Source: Octopus vulgaris
Taxonomy: Eukaryota
Length of the DNA stretch: 64,000 bases
Direction of reading: 5' to 3'
Assembly: GCA_951406725.2 (NCBI GenBank)
Contig: OX597823.1
Span: 47,864,001 to 47,928,000 of the forward strand
Shown: piece after piece, positions 1 through 10,640 of the stretch
How positions within the stretch are numbered: position 1 is the stretch's first letter
How the letters are laid out: the number at the start of each line of letters is the position of its first letter
Translations under genes and position numbers: made by a program
The notes under the pieces: model-generated
Told to the model about the DNA's origin: nothing
Database searches by the model: none
What the model saw: only the letters and a program-made list of their open reading frames with translations

Positions 1-335
1 TTACATCTCCCTAATGGATGGAGAACGATATAATGTAATCGAATGCACCCTACAGTACAGAAGAAACCATACCAAGTTGCATAATACGTTACAGTGTTAT
101 AATAAGTACATCTCGTTTCTGTGAGTGGTAGGATGGTGTTGGTACACTGTCTTCTCTTTCATTTATTTAAAATTATACTAAACATGTACCAAGGAATTCC
201 TTACGTAGATCTTGCGACTAAAGGGCAGTACCACGGATTACGCCTGGAAGTCATATGTAGTGAACGTGCTCTCAAGGCACACTACTAAGGACAAGGTTTG
301 GATAGTACACTTTTAATTCTCTTATATAAACTTAA

Positions 336-378
<43 letters not shown>

Positions 379-381
<3 letters not shown>

Positions 382-690
382 GTTGTGAGTGTTTATTGGG
401 CGAAAACACCTAAAGCTCCACGAGGCTCCGGCAGGGGATGGTGGTAATCCCTGCTGTACTCTTTCACCACAACTTTCTCTCACTCTTACTTCCTGTTTCT
501 GTTGTACTTGTATATCAAAGGGCCGGCCTTGTCACTCTCTGTGTCATGCTGAATATCTCCGAGAACTACGTTAAGGGTACACGTGTCTGTGGAGTGCTCA
601 GCCACTTACACGTTAATTTCACGAGCAGGCTGTTCCGTTGATCGGATCAACCGGAACCCTCGTCGTCGTAACCGACGGAGTGCTTCCCAT
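379..690 (+). mobile_element. SINE, family D (tRNA-Arg-like head family), 5'-truncated
   Basis: Closely matches the body of the full-length copy at 55958-56338. Confidence 0.85.
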
Positions 691-698
691 ATATGATG

Positions 699-950
699 GA
701 CTCTCCCTCGAAGACGACGTATGAGCGTTCAGCTTTTTGCCGAACGACCAGCATAAATGATTTGCTTATAGTGATCAAATGTTCATGTGCCGCGCATTAG
801 CTCCCTCTCTACATCAAATCGACGTTGTCTGAAAAGGTGCACTGTGTGCCACGCGTCAGGTGTCGAAATGATTGTAGAGCAACGAGAGATGAAGTGTTTT
901 GCTCAAGAACACACGGCACTACGTGGTCTAGGAATTGAAATCATGATCGC
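699..950 (-). mobile_element. SINE-like repeat
   Basis: Second copy at 9885-10170; minus strand carries TTCTTGAGCAAAACACTTCAT, also seen in other SINEs here. Confidence 0.65.
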
Positions 951-1180
951 TATATATGTCTGTGTGCGTGTGTGTGTGTCTGTATGTAAGTATTTATGTA
1001 TGTTGTTTGTATGTATGTGTGTATGTAACAATCGTACGCACATGTATGAATGCATGCATGTATGTATGTACGTACGTACGTGTGCTGGTATACATGTATG
1101 TACGTACGTATGAATGTATGTACGTATTTATATGTATGTATGTATGTATGTATGTACGTACGTACGTATGTATATATAGC
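950..1180. repeat. (TG)n/(TATG)n microsatellite
   Basis: Direct reading. Confidence 0.9.
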
Positions 1181-1514
1181 TAATGTGTAGGGGAAACTTC
1201 GTTGATTCATATATTCTATGTGTATACAAAAGATCTACCTGTGTGCATACATATATTAATGCTTGTTTTTGTAATGCTTTATCTATATAAAAACACACAT
1301 TATTTGAAGCACCCATTCGATACTTTCAAGTAGAGCATCATATTTATTTTATTCCTACGTGAAAAAGATCAGCTGTAACTTCGACCGTTCAGACTATACA
1401 TTGCAGTCAAAGTGCCTGACGAAAGCAACTAAGCCGAAACTTCGAAATCCCTGAGTCAAACTTTTCCTTATAAAAATGTGAACTTTTCCTTATAAAAAAA
1501 ATCGGTGCATGTAA

Positions 1515-1516
<2 letters not shown>

Positions 1517-1592
<76 letters not shown>

Positions 1593-1610
1593 CCTACCTA
1601 TCTATCTATC
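1517..1610. repeat. (TCTA)n microsatellite
   Basis: Direct reading. Confidence 0.95.
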
Positions 1611-1890
1611 ACCTTGGGCAAGTGTCTTCAACTCTAGCCTTGTGAGTAGATTTGGTTGACGGAAACTGAAAGAAGCCCGTCGTATATATATGTGTGCGTG
1701 TATGTTTGTCCTCCCATCATCGCCTGACAACCGATGTTGGTGTGTTCACGTCCCCGTAACTTAGCGGTTCGCCAAAATGGAACGATAGAATAAGTACTAG
1801 GCTTACAAAGAATAAGTGCTAGGGTCAATTTGTTCAACTAAATGCGGTGCTCCAGCATGGCCGCAGTCAAATGACTGAAACAAATAAAAG
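1611..1890 (+). mobile_element. SINE family A (tRNA-derived, CR1-type 3' tail), 5'-truncated
   Basis: ACCTTGGGCAAGTG core; 3' tail GCGGTGCTCCAGCATGGCCGCAGTCAAATGACTGAAAC. Confidence 0.85.
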
Positions 1891-1898
1891 AAAGAAAG

Positions 1899-1933
<35 letters not shown>

Positions 1934-1934
1934 G

Positions 1935-2165
1935 GCCCAGGAGTGGCTGTGTGGTAAGTAGCTTGCTTACCAACCACTCAGTTCCGGGTTCAGTCCCACT
2001 GCGTGGAACCTAGGGCAAGTGTCTTCTACTATAGCCTCGGGCTGACCAAAACCTTGTGAGTGGATTTGGTAGTCGAAAAATAAGTCTTGGGGTCGATTTG
2101 CTCGACTAAAAGGCGGTGCTCCAGCATGGCCGCAGTCAAACGACTGAAACAAATAAAAGAAAGAA
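1935..2165 (+). mobile_element. SINE family A, internally deleted
   Basis: A box TGGCTGTGTGG, B box GGTTCAGTCC, same 3' tail; contains the empty target GTAAGTAGCTTGCTTACC. Confidence 0.85.
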
Positions 2166-2225
2166 AAAGAAATATACATATATATATATTTGTGTGTGTG
2201 TACATGCATGCGTGCGTATATATGT

Positions 2226-2285
<60 letters not shown>

Positions 2286-3206
2286 AAAGGAAACCGACAT
2301 ATACACGCACAACATACACAAACACACTTTCATACGCAGTGTGAGGTGCATGCGCACTTGTAACCAAAGACGTGTAGATGCGTGATTATGACTCCGTTGA
2401 TATCTGACGCTAATCAATCAGCTAATAAAGAAACTATTTTACTTTATCAGAGAAATGCCAAGAAAATATTCTCAGAAATTTTTCTAGCAACAAATGTATA
2501 TCTTATTAGCATATTCAGTTTGTTTCTATATTCAGTTGACAAAACGTATGATTAATGTTAACCCTTTCTTGTTTTCAAATTTCTCGTTATTCAATGTTAA
2601 ATTCTTTCTACCTTTACATAATTGTGTACAACAAAGTATTCTGTATAAATCTATCGACAGTGAAGTATATGTTTCTGGTTCGAATAACCAGGTTTCCTGC
2701 ACTGAGCGAGCATTGTGAAGAGCCACAAAGGGTATGTCATCATATCGTACATCTTGTAAACTATTGAATATGTTATGGTTCAAATCAACATGTTAGAGAG
2801 ATGATTAAGTACTTAAAGTTGCCTAAACGACATCACAAACATCAAAACAAGATGAAGATTACACTAACTTCACACAAATCTTTAGCTATCTAAGTGACCT
2901 CACAATATATTTAACTGATAAATTTGCCATCTCCGAAAACCTAAATATATAAACTTTAAATTCGATTGTCTCCTAAGCGACAAAGGTCGGTAGTGGCTTG
3001 AAAACCTTTTGAAATCCAGGATAATTTATAGCTTTTTTTTTTCAGACAAATTTTACCAGTAGAGTGTCATCATAACAACAATATTGAATTTAAAATTCTC
3101 TAAGTAAAAACAAACAGGTTTTAAATTAACTTCACACCCACATTCACACACAAACCCCGACATCCGAAACTCGGAGTTTTATCATGGCTACCTGATAATT
3201 GTCACA

Positions 3207-3249
<43 letters not shown>

Positions 3250-3419
3250 ACTACACTCACGGAGTGGTTGGCGTTAGGAAGGGCTTCCAGCTGTAGAAAC
3301 ACTGCCAAATCAGACTGGAGCCTGGTGCAGCCTCCATAGCTTACCAGACCCCGGTCGAACCGTCCAACCCATGCTAGCATGGAAAACGGACGTTAAATGA
3401 TGATGATGATGATGATGAT
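3250..3419 (+). mobile_element. SINE family B 3' part with (TGA)n tail
   Basis: GTTGGCGTTAGGAAGGGC...CATGCTAGCATGGAAAACGGACGTTAAA(TGA)n; other copies at 23377-23850 and 54865-55260. Confidence 0.8.
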
Positions 3420-3759
3420 TGTTACACATTCATATCTATGTGTTACGTATGCCAAACTACATCCCCACTCTTGACACTATTTTGTTAGTGAACAGTACAA
3501 CTGTGTGTAAAGTATATTATGTATCACTACGCTGAACGTCGAGTTCGTGTAACATGTAAAGCAAATAAACACGTAACAATAACAATGGTTTTCATTTGGT
3601 TGTCTTTCCCATTAGAACCCGAACCACGCATAACATGGTGGCAGCGATAAATAATTAAACGAAAACTGTGCCTTTACAACAAATCAGAAACGCAACGAAC
3701 CAGGAGAGTAACAAACAAAACATCGCTTCGTCTTAGGACAACAAACACGACGATCCAAG

Positions 3760-4059
3760 ATGGCGACCCCCGCCGCCGTACAGATGAATCTACATCCGAT
3801 TATGGATTGGGACTCCGATGATATTTTGGAAGCATTTAAAAAGTTTAAACAGAAAACTCAACTAGCTTTCAAAAGTTTCCTGAAAGGCACAACTGACGAT
3901 GAGAAGGTAAGCTATATCCTTTTGTAGTCAGGTAATAAAGGAATAGACTTATTCAATAGCTGGGATATGTCAGAATCGGACTGCAATAACCCAGACACAC
4001 TTCTTGAGAAATTTGAAAGGCACCTAGAGCCCAGGTCGAACCATAGAATTCACAGATAC
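3760..4059 (+). pseudogene. gag: Gypsy gag N-terminal fragment
   Basis: MATPAAVQMNLHPIMDWDSDDILEAFKKFKQK...KVSYILL*SGNKGIDLFNSW...EKFERHLEPRSNHRIHRY; premature TAG at 3925. Confidence 0.75.
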
Positions 4060-4061
4060 TT

Positions 4062-4385
4062 GGAGGACAACATGTGCATACTCAAGATCCCATAACTAAA
4101 ACATGGATCCCAGCACAGGTTGTCAGTAGAGCTGAAACTCCAAGATCATATACAATAGAAACGGAATCTGGTAGGCAGCTGAGACGCAACAGGGCCCACA
4201 TCCGCCCAACACCAGAGCTGTCGAGGACAACGTGTACAACGCCTGCTGCATTAGTGACAACACCCACAGAATCATCACCCCAACGTGCACCAACCACCTA
4301 TCAGCAACCCAACAACACACCTCAGACACCGGTGCGAAGCACAAGATCCACCAGATGGAGAAAGAACATTCTGCCACCGGCTTGA
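4062..4385 (+). pseudogene. Gypsy integrase C-terminal fragment
   Basis: GQHVHTQDPITKTWIPAQVVSRAETPRSYTIETESGRQLRRNRAHIRPT, typical of Mag-type pol ends. Confidence 0.75.
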
Positions 4386-4646
4386 TACCGTTAAAGAAAA
4401 AAAAGGGAAAATGAAAAGAGAAGATATAATGTAATCTACAAATGCACGGTCCTTCACCTATTACACAATTATACAGCCATATGCATAGGATTATAAAAAT
4501 AGGATCACATGCGGTCGTATCGTGTAGGAGATACGGTCGCACGTGGTCATATTCTTAATGAAATATTACAGACCATATAATACATACAGCGGCAATAGAA
4601 CACAAGTGGAATGACAACAAGATTTCTTTTTGAGATATATACATTA

Positions 4647-4652
4647 TTTATT
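4647..4652 (-). terminator. Candidate polyadenylation signal AATAAA
   Basis: On the minus strand it is followed by CA about 15 nt later and then TTGTTGT. Confidence 0.45.
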
Positions 4653-5354
4653 TCACATATTTTACAATCATGCTGATGTTGGAAGTTTGTAAGTGTTAGC
4701 ATGTTTTTGTGTCCGTGTGTTCGTGAGCGCGACAGAGCAAATCAGGTGAAAGTGATTGACGTAGAAAAGTTACCCGATGGTGGGGGCAGCGAATATAGTA
4801 GGCTTCTTGTGTTGTTTGTATCGACATAGCAACAGATAGCAGCAGATGGCTTAAGGTAGTTCTTAGAAGAACTAGAACCCAAGACAGATAATTTATTTAC
4901 CGTTTATGAGGTACACGGAGTGTAAGAGTTCCATATCAAGATGTTGCGTCTCGTAGTTGAGATTAATTGAATCACTTGTTGTGTTTTATCTTTCTCTTGA
5001 TATGAATATACTTCCAGATATATTAACTGTAGCCGTTTTTCCCGTGGTGAGATTTTCACCTAACCGCTAGAGTTGAATCTATAGTTGTCTTGTGTACAAA
5101 TTAAACCTTCGTAGATAGAGACGATGGTTGGCGATGAGTTGTGTCTGTCGCTTGCTTTTTGTTGCGTCTTCATTATATATTCTGCTTGGTTATTTTTCTC
5201 TAGTTATAGATATCCTGTAACCGTCCCTTTCGTGGTGATATTTTCACACTAACAGTATGAGATGAATCTGTAACATCTTGTGTACAAGCTAAATCTTCGT
5301 GGATAGTTATGCTTGGTGATCGCCTGCCTTTCGAACCGGAACATGGTTGGTATG

Positions 5355-5553
5355 CTCTGTGTGGTCAGAGGTCCGCCCTGAAAAGGACTGTAACCTAAGA
5401 CGAGCGCTGTGGTCAGAGGTTTAGCTCTGAAAAGAGCTAAAAACCTAAGACGAGCTCTGTGGTCAGAGGTTTAGCTCTGAAAAGAACTAAAAACCTAAGA
5501 CGAGCTCTGTGGTCAGAGGTTTAGCTCTGAAAAGAACTAAAAACCTATGACGA
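5355..5553 (-). repeat. Four ~50-bp tandem hairpin repeats with histone-stem-loop-like tips
   Basis: Minus strand reads AG(C/T)TCT-TTTC-AGAGCT three times and GTCCT-TTTC-AGGGC once. Confidence 0.9.
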
Positions 5554-5572
5554 AAAGTGTCTGAGAACACCT

Positions 5573-5690
5573 CTTTATATAAGGTTTATGTGGCTCAAAC
5601 GAACTTCAGAAATGAAAAGCTGTGATTGGGTGCTTGGAACAAATGGCGCGAAAATAAGCGGAGGTAAATCGCGTCACGTGACAACCAATC
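5573..5690 (-). promoter_or_regulatory. Candidate Pol II promoter (TATA, two CCAAT, E2F, E-box)
   Basis: TATATAAAG 5573-5581; CCAAT 5625-5629 and 5685-5689; TTTCGCGC 5646-5653; TCACGTGA 5674-5681. Confidence 0.55.
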
Positions 5691-5807
5691 GGATTAGTGT
5701 TTACAACAACGTTAAACTAGCCGAAAATGTTCGTAATCTCGAACGAGATTATTCTTAATACTCTTCTCAAACAGTGAAGATAGCAATGAGGGAAACGATA
5801 TTGCTAC

Positions 5808-6170
5808 AGGATCAACAAAAAATTTTAAGCAACGATATGCCACTCATCGCTACTCTTTTAGATACGATAAACATAGTAATTCTACAACACTCACCAACCA
5901 CATACATCATCTCAAAAATGCAAATATACCCTATACTCTATCGTGGTCCATACTGGACTCGGGACTTCCCTACCGAGGTCAACGCTCAATCTGCAAGCTT
6001 TGCCTAAAGGAGGCTCTCCAAATATCAAAGCACAACTCTCCAACACTGCTTAATAAATATAACGAGGTACTAAGCACATGAAACCACCGCATTATCACAC
6101 ATTTAAATTCTACCACAAATCCAAATGCCAGAATTACCATACAGCACATTTCCGCAATACTCCTTAGGTA
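5808..6170 (+). pseudogene. Penelope-like element GIY-YIG endonuclease C-terminal fragment (Neptune-like)
   Basis: GSTKNFKQRYATHRYSF...STTLTNHIHHLK...WSIL...ICKLCLKEALQI...LLNKYNEVLST*NH. Confidence 0.8.
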
Positions 6171-7207
6171 ATCCCAATAACCTATAAATTTACACTCTAA
6201 CACATAATCCCTATCTAGTTTCTCACATATACAACCATCTGATTATATTCGTATGTAAATGTACACATCCATGCGCGCGTATATATGTCGAGTGAGGGTA
6301 TGCGTATATGCATGCATGTGAGTATATGTAAACATACGTACACATGCAAGGTATATATACCTGCATATGCAGGCGCGATGATACATGCAAATGAGCGTGT
6401 ATGAGTGCATACGCATGCAAATGAGGATTGTATATGTATCTTATCTGATACATACATGTATATGCATCTTCACATATATATTTTCTCAGATTACTAAGCA
6501 CTGAACTGCTATTTCCTTAATTCTTCATATATTTGTCCCACAATTAGACTACTACTACTACTACTACTACTACTACACATTGGTCATTCCTTTACCTCTT
6601 AACCCCCCATTCCTCTATCTTTTACACTAAAATACCTTTCTCTCTCTGTCCCCACTCCTACTTTCAAATTATCTCCACTGACCACAGACTGATCTATCTT
6701 ATTTTTCTTTTTACTTTTTTTTTATTCCCTTTATTCCTATCTTCAGGGTCTTTATTCTTAATTTTACTAATCTTCTCTCTTCTTTCTCTTTCATTCTTTC
6801 TTTCTCTCCTCTTTTTCTCTTCCTTTCTTTTTTCTCTCTTCCTGTTTTCAATTTAACCATACTAGTACACTCCTTCTCGGTCATTTTAAATAAAAACCTT
6901 TGACTCTGCAAACACTGTATATAAAATTCCTTATTGGGAATGACCAAATTTAAAAATCTGCTGGATCTCATAAGGGAATCTTATATTACTTATAAACTCT
7001 ATATTTGGAAGGACTCATATTAAACTCTGTTGGACTTTTGGATTTTACTCAAAGGATATTGGAATACTGCATATATACCATTATGCCTATAGAACGGATT
7101 TACAACTTCAATACTCATACATATCTTACATCTATTTTCTTTCCTCCACCTCACTCTTTATTTTGTATCACATCTAAATTAACTATGACTAAATTTTCCT
7201 CTCACAC

Positions 7208-7260
7208 CATCTCCGATGAAGGGATATTATTAATTAATATCCTGGAAACAGCTGTAAGAC
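7208..7260 (+). ncRNA. Penelope-type minimal hammerhead ribozyme motif
   Basis: TCT-CCGATGA-stem II (GGATATT/AATATCC)-GAAA-CAGCTG-TA-AGA, downstream of the GIY-YIG fragment; core has C in place of U4. Confidence 0.65.
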
Positions 7261-7330
7261 CTATCTATAAATGCTCTAATATCTATACAGCCTTGGTTAC
7301 TTTTATCTTATTACGCAAAAAAATTCTTAT

Positions 7331-7408
<78 letters not shown>

Positions 7409-7513
7409 AGAAAAAGGTGAGTCATAATTTTGGATAATTCTTTATTATATGCCATATTTCGGGGGCTTTTTGCTTCTTTTTCTCAATATACAATATATGT
7501 ACAACACTTCAAA

Positions 7514-7566
<53 letters not shown>

Positions 7567-7615
7567 GAATATTAGGGAATAAATCCAAACTTATAGTGGT
7601 TTTGTCTCTAATTTA

Positions 7616-7646
<31 letters not shown>

Positions 7647-7649
7647 TAC

Positions 7650-7850
7650 GGAGATGTACTCGCATAGCAAGTAATTTGATCTGAGATCGTGTGCTGAAAC
7701 GAAAACAATTGCAGCGTGGAAGGTGTTTATAAGCCATTTAAGAAACACACAAAAGCCGTTCGATTCACTTCAACATTTAAGTTTAATTTGTCAAAATATT
7801 TTCGTCGCTAAAATCCGCGACCTGTTCACTGACAAAGTCCGTGCTGCATC
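7650..7850. repeat. Dispersed repeat with hammerhead-like motif on minus strand
   Basis: Same family forms the palindrome at 62856-63130; minus strand reads TGTCA-GTGAACAG-GTCGC..GCGAC-GAAA-ATATTT-TGACA. Confidence 0.6.
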
Positions 7851-7857
7851 TCAGCAC

Positions 7858-7928
<71 letters not shown>

Positions 7929-7932
7929 CAAA

Positions 7933-8170
7933 GTATGGGAGTTTAGTTCAGAGGTGATCCAAACGATAAGGTACGCTAAGTAAGTTCTATAAAGGATTAC
8001 TGGGGCTCCAAGGTTATAGCCGGCACGGTAGTTATGGAGTCATTGCAGCAGTTATATAACTGTTATACTGGATAGTAAACATTAAGGCAAGGCAAACATC
8101 TCAAGTCGTATATAATGATATCGTATACGACTTGAGATGTTTGCCTTGCCTTAATGTTTACTGCCCTGTT
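7933..8170. repeat. Dispersed repeat with terminal palindrome (8073-8162)
   Basis: Other copies at 52328-52580 and 63198-63275. Confidence 0.7.
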
Positions 8171-8284
8171 TTACAATTAGATATTTATATATCACGTGAT
8201 CACGTGACCGACCAGTCCATCAGATGTAGTTACACATTGCTGGTCACAATGCGTTCGCATTGTTTTAGCCTTCGAATGACGCCA

Positions 8285-8430
8285 AGAGTGGGAGAAAGAG
8301 TGGTGAAAGAGTACAGCAGGGATCACCACCCCCTGCCGGAGCCTCGTGGAGCTTTTAGGTGTTTTCGCTCAATAAACACTCACAACGCCCGGTCTGGGAA
8401 TCGAAACCGCGATCCTACGACTGCGAGTCC
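8285..8430 (-). mobile_element. SINE family D fragment
   Basis: Reverse complement matches about 55990-56130. Confidence 0.75.
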
Positions 8431-8433
8431 ACA

Positions 8434-8488
<55 letters not shown>

Positions 8489-8489
8489 T

Positions 8490-9570
8490 ATTTATTTATT
8501 TTATTTTATTTTATTTTATCTAGTTTCAGCTCACGAGCTGTGGCCATGCTGGGGCACCGCCATTTGGTGTCGCTACATGATTTTACTTCACGAATGCTTT
8601 TTAGCAATTGCCATTTGGTGCATGAGACAGTTCGATGCAGCTGCCCTCATCTGCACCTCCTGCCGTGAAGTTGGTTCATCTGGGACACCTGACAGGAAGA
8701 GATTCAGTTTTATTTTAAAGACATCTGCATTCACCCCATGCAGGTCTCTCAGGTCCTTTGGGAGGATATTGAAGAGCTGTGGGCCTCTGAAGCCCAGGCT
8801 ATCACAGTATCTTGCCCTACATCTTGATGGCAAATTTGGAGTCCTTGGCACTATGCAGTGGCGCCCAGTTCTAGTATTTGTGTAACTCTCGATGCCAAAG
8901 CTTGGGACAAGTCCTTCTAGGATCTTCCAGATGTATATTATGGTATATCTTTCTCGCCTACGCTCTAAGGAATAGAGTCTTAATCTCTTGAGTCTTTCCC
9001 AGTAGCTTATATGCTGTTCAGAGGCTATCTTCTTCGTGCAGCTTCGTTGGATCGCCTCAAGTTCTGTGATTAACTTGACACTGGATGGTGACCATAGCTG
9101 AGAGCAATAGTAAAGTGGCTTAGGACAAGTGTCCTCCAGAGGACCATCATGGTTTCCTGGTCTCTTGTTCTAAGGGTTCTAAGAATCCATCCGGTCAGCC
9201 GCCTACATTTCATTGCCAATTTAGCAACATGCACATGAAAGGTTGCATCATCACTCGTGTAAATACCCAGGTCTCGCACTGATTGTGCCTCTGGGATTGC
9301 AATCCCTCCAGGTCCAGTGTATTTATTGGGTATTGCATTTAGTTTTGCATGCTGATAGCATAAAGCTTGAAACTTTTTAGCATTGAACTGCATGCTATTC
9401 TTTTCAGCCCATTTGTATATTTTGTCCAGCTCACATTGCAGGTACATAGTGTCTTCAGGGTTCTGTATTGCCTGTGAAACTTTTGTATCATCTGCATAAC
9501 TTGTGATCGTGGCTCTCTGCGTGGCTGAGGGCATGTCTGAGAGGGCCATTATGAACAGTAGTGGTCCCAT
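8490..9570 (-). mobile_element. CR1-clade LINE, 5'-truncated RT and C-terminus with 3' tail
   Basis: GPLLF...SYADDTKV...RDLGI; FKIKLNLFLSGVPDEP; (TAAAA)n tail; frameshifted. Confidence 0.9.
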
Positions 9571-9760
9571 TCTGTCCGAATTTTGAATAAAGAAAACAAG
9601 TGATCAAATGTTATATTTAATTGAAATTTAATCATCAATGCACTTTCCCTGATTATCTATGACTTCCTTCCATCTATTTACAAGCGTTTTAATCCCATTG
9701 GTTTCAAAGCGAAGAACTCTGAAATGTCAGTTGCGACCTCCTCCTGGCTTGTGAAAGCAT
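9571..9760 (-). mobile_element. mariner transposase C-terminal remnant
   Basis: ...DISEFFALKP / GIKTLVNRWKEVIDNQGKCIDD*. Confidence 0.7.
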
Positions 9761-9884
9761 TGGCCGTGAAACTCCACTGGCAAAAACTTGGGCGCTAAAC
9801 TCTGCTGGGAAAACCTTGGTCGCAAAACTGTTGGCAAAACCTTGGTGGTAAAACTGGCAAAACGTGTTTCATATTTATATAATA

Positions 9885-10170
9885 GACTCTCCCGTCGAAG
9901 TCGACGTATGAGCGTTCAGCTTTTGGCCGAACGCCCTGCACAAATGATTTGATTACAGTGATCAAATGTTCGGACCGTACATTAGCTCACTCCCTCCATC
10001 GACGTTGTCTGGACAGGTTCACTATGTACCGTGCATCAGGTGTGGAAGTAATCGCAGAGCAAAGTGAGATTAAGTGCTTCCCTCAAGAGCACAACGCATT
10101 ACGTAGTACAGGAATTGAAATCACGATCGCTAGGTCAATTCTGCAACATCCTACCCACAATGCCATGCGC
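9885..10170 (-). mobile_element. SINE-like repeat
   Basis: Homologous to 699-950. Confidence 0.65.
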
Positions 10171-10243
10171 ATATATAAGTGTGTGTATACAGTATATATG
10201 TATTCCTAGTCAACATATGATCTTTAACAAAAAATACTTGCTC

Positions 10244-10640
10244 GAGTGGCTGTGTGGCAAGTAGCTTGCTTACGAACCCCATTGTTCCGGGTTCAGTCCC
10301 ACTGCGTGGCACCTCGGGCAAGTGCCTTCTACTATAGCCTCGGGCCGACCAAAGCCTTGTGAGTGGATTTGGTAGACGGAAACTGAAAGAAGCCCGTCGT
10401 ATATAGGTATATATATATGTGTGTGTGTGTGTTTGTATGTCTGTGTTTGTTTTCCCCCAACATCGCTTGACAACCGATGCTGGTGTGTTTACGTCCCCGT
10501 AACTTGGCGGTTCGGTAAAAGACACCGATAGAATAAGTACTAGGCTTACAAAGAATAAGTCCTGGGGTCGATTTGCTCGACCAAAGGCGGGGCTCCAGCA
10601 TGGCAGCAGTCAAATGACTGAAACAAGTAAAAGAGTAAAA
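10244..10640 (+). mobile_element. SINE family A, near full length
   Basis: A and B boxes, core and 3' tail present. Confidence 0.9.

Larger units (their letters stand above)
3420..4500 (+). mobile_element. Internally deleted Gypsy (Mag-like) LTR retrotransposon
   Basis: LTR end ...TAACA at 3635; PBS TGGTGGCAGCG 3636-3646 (complementary to a tRNA-Leu 3' end); gag N-terminus; integrase C-terminus; polypurine tract 4394-4424. Confidence 0.8.

Noticed and set aside
4561-4569. AAATATTAC resembling a CRESS-virus nonanucleotide origin
   Set aside because: It has a mismatch, is not in a hairpin loop, and there is no Rep ORF.
5355-5553. CRISPR-like array
   Set aside because: No unique spacers, no cas genes, and a eukaryotic context.
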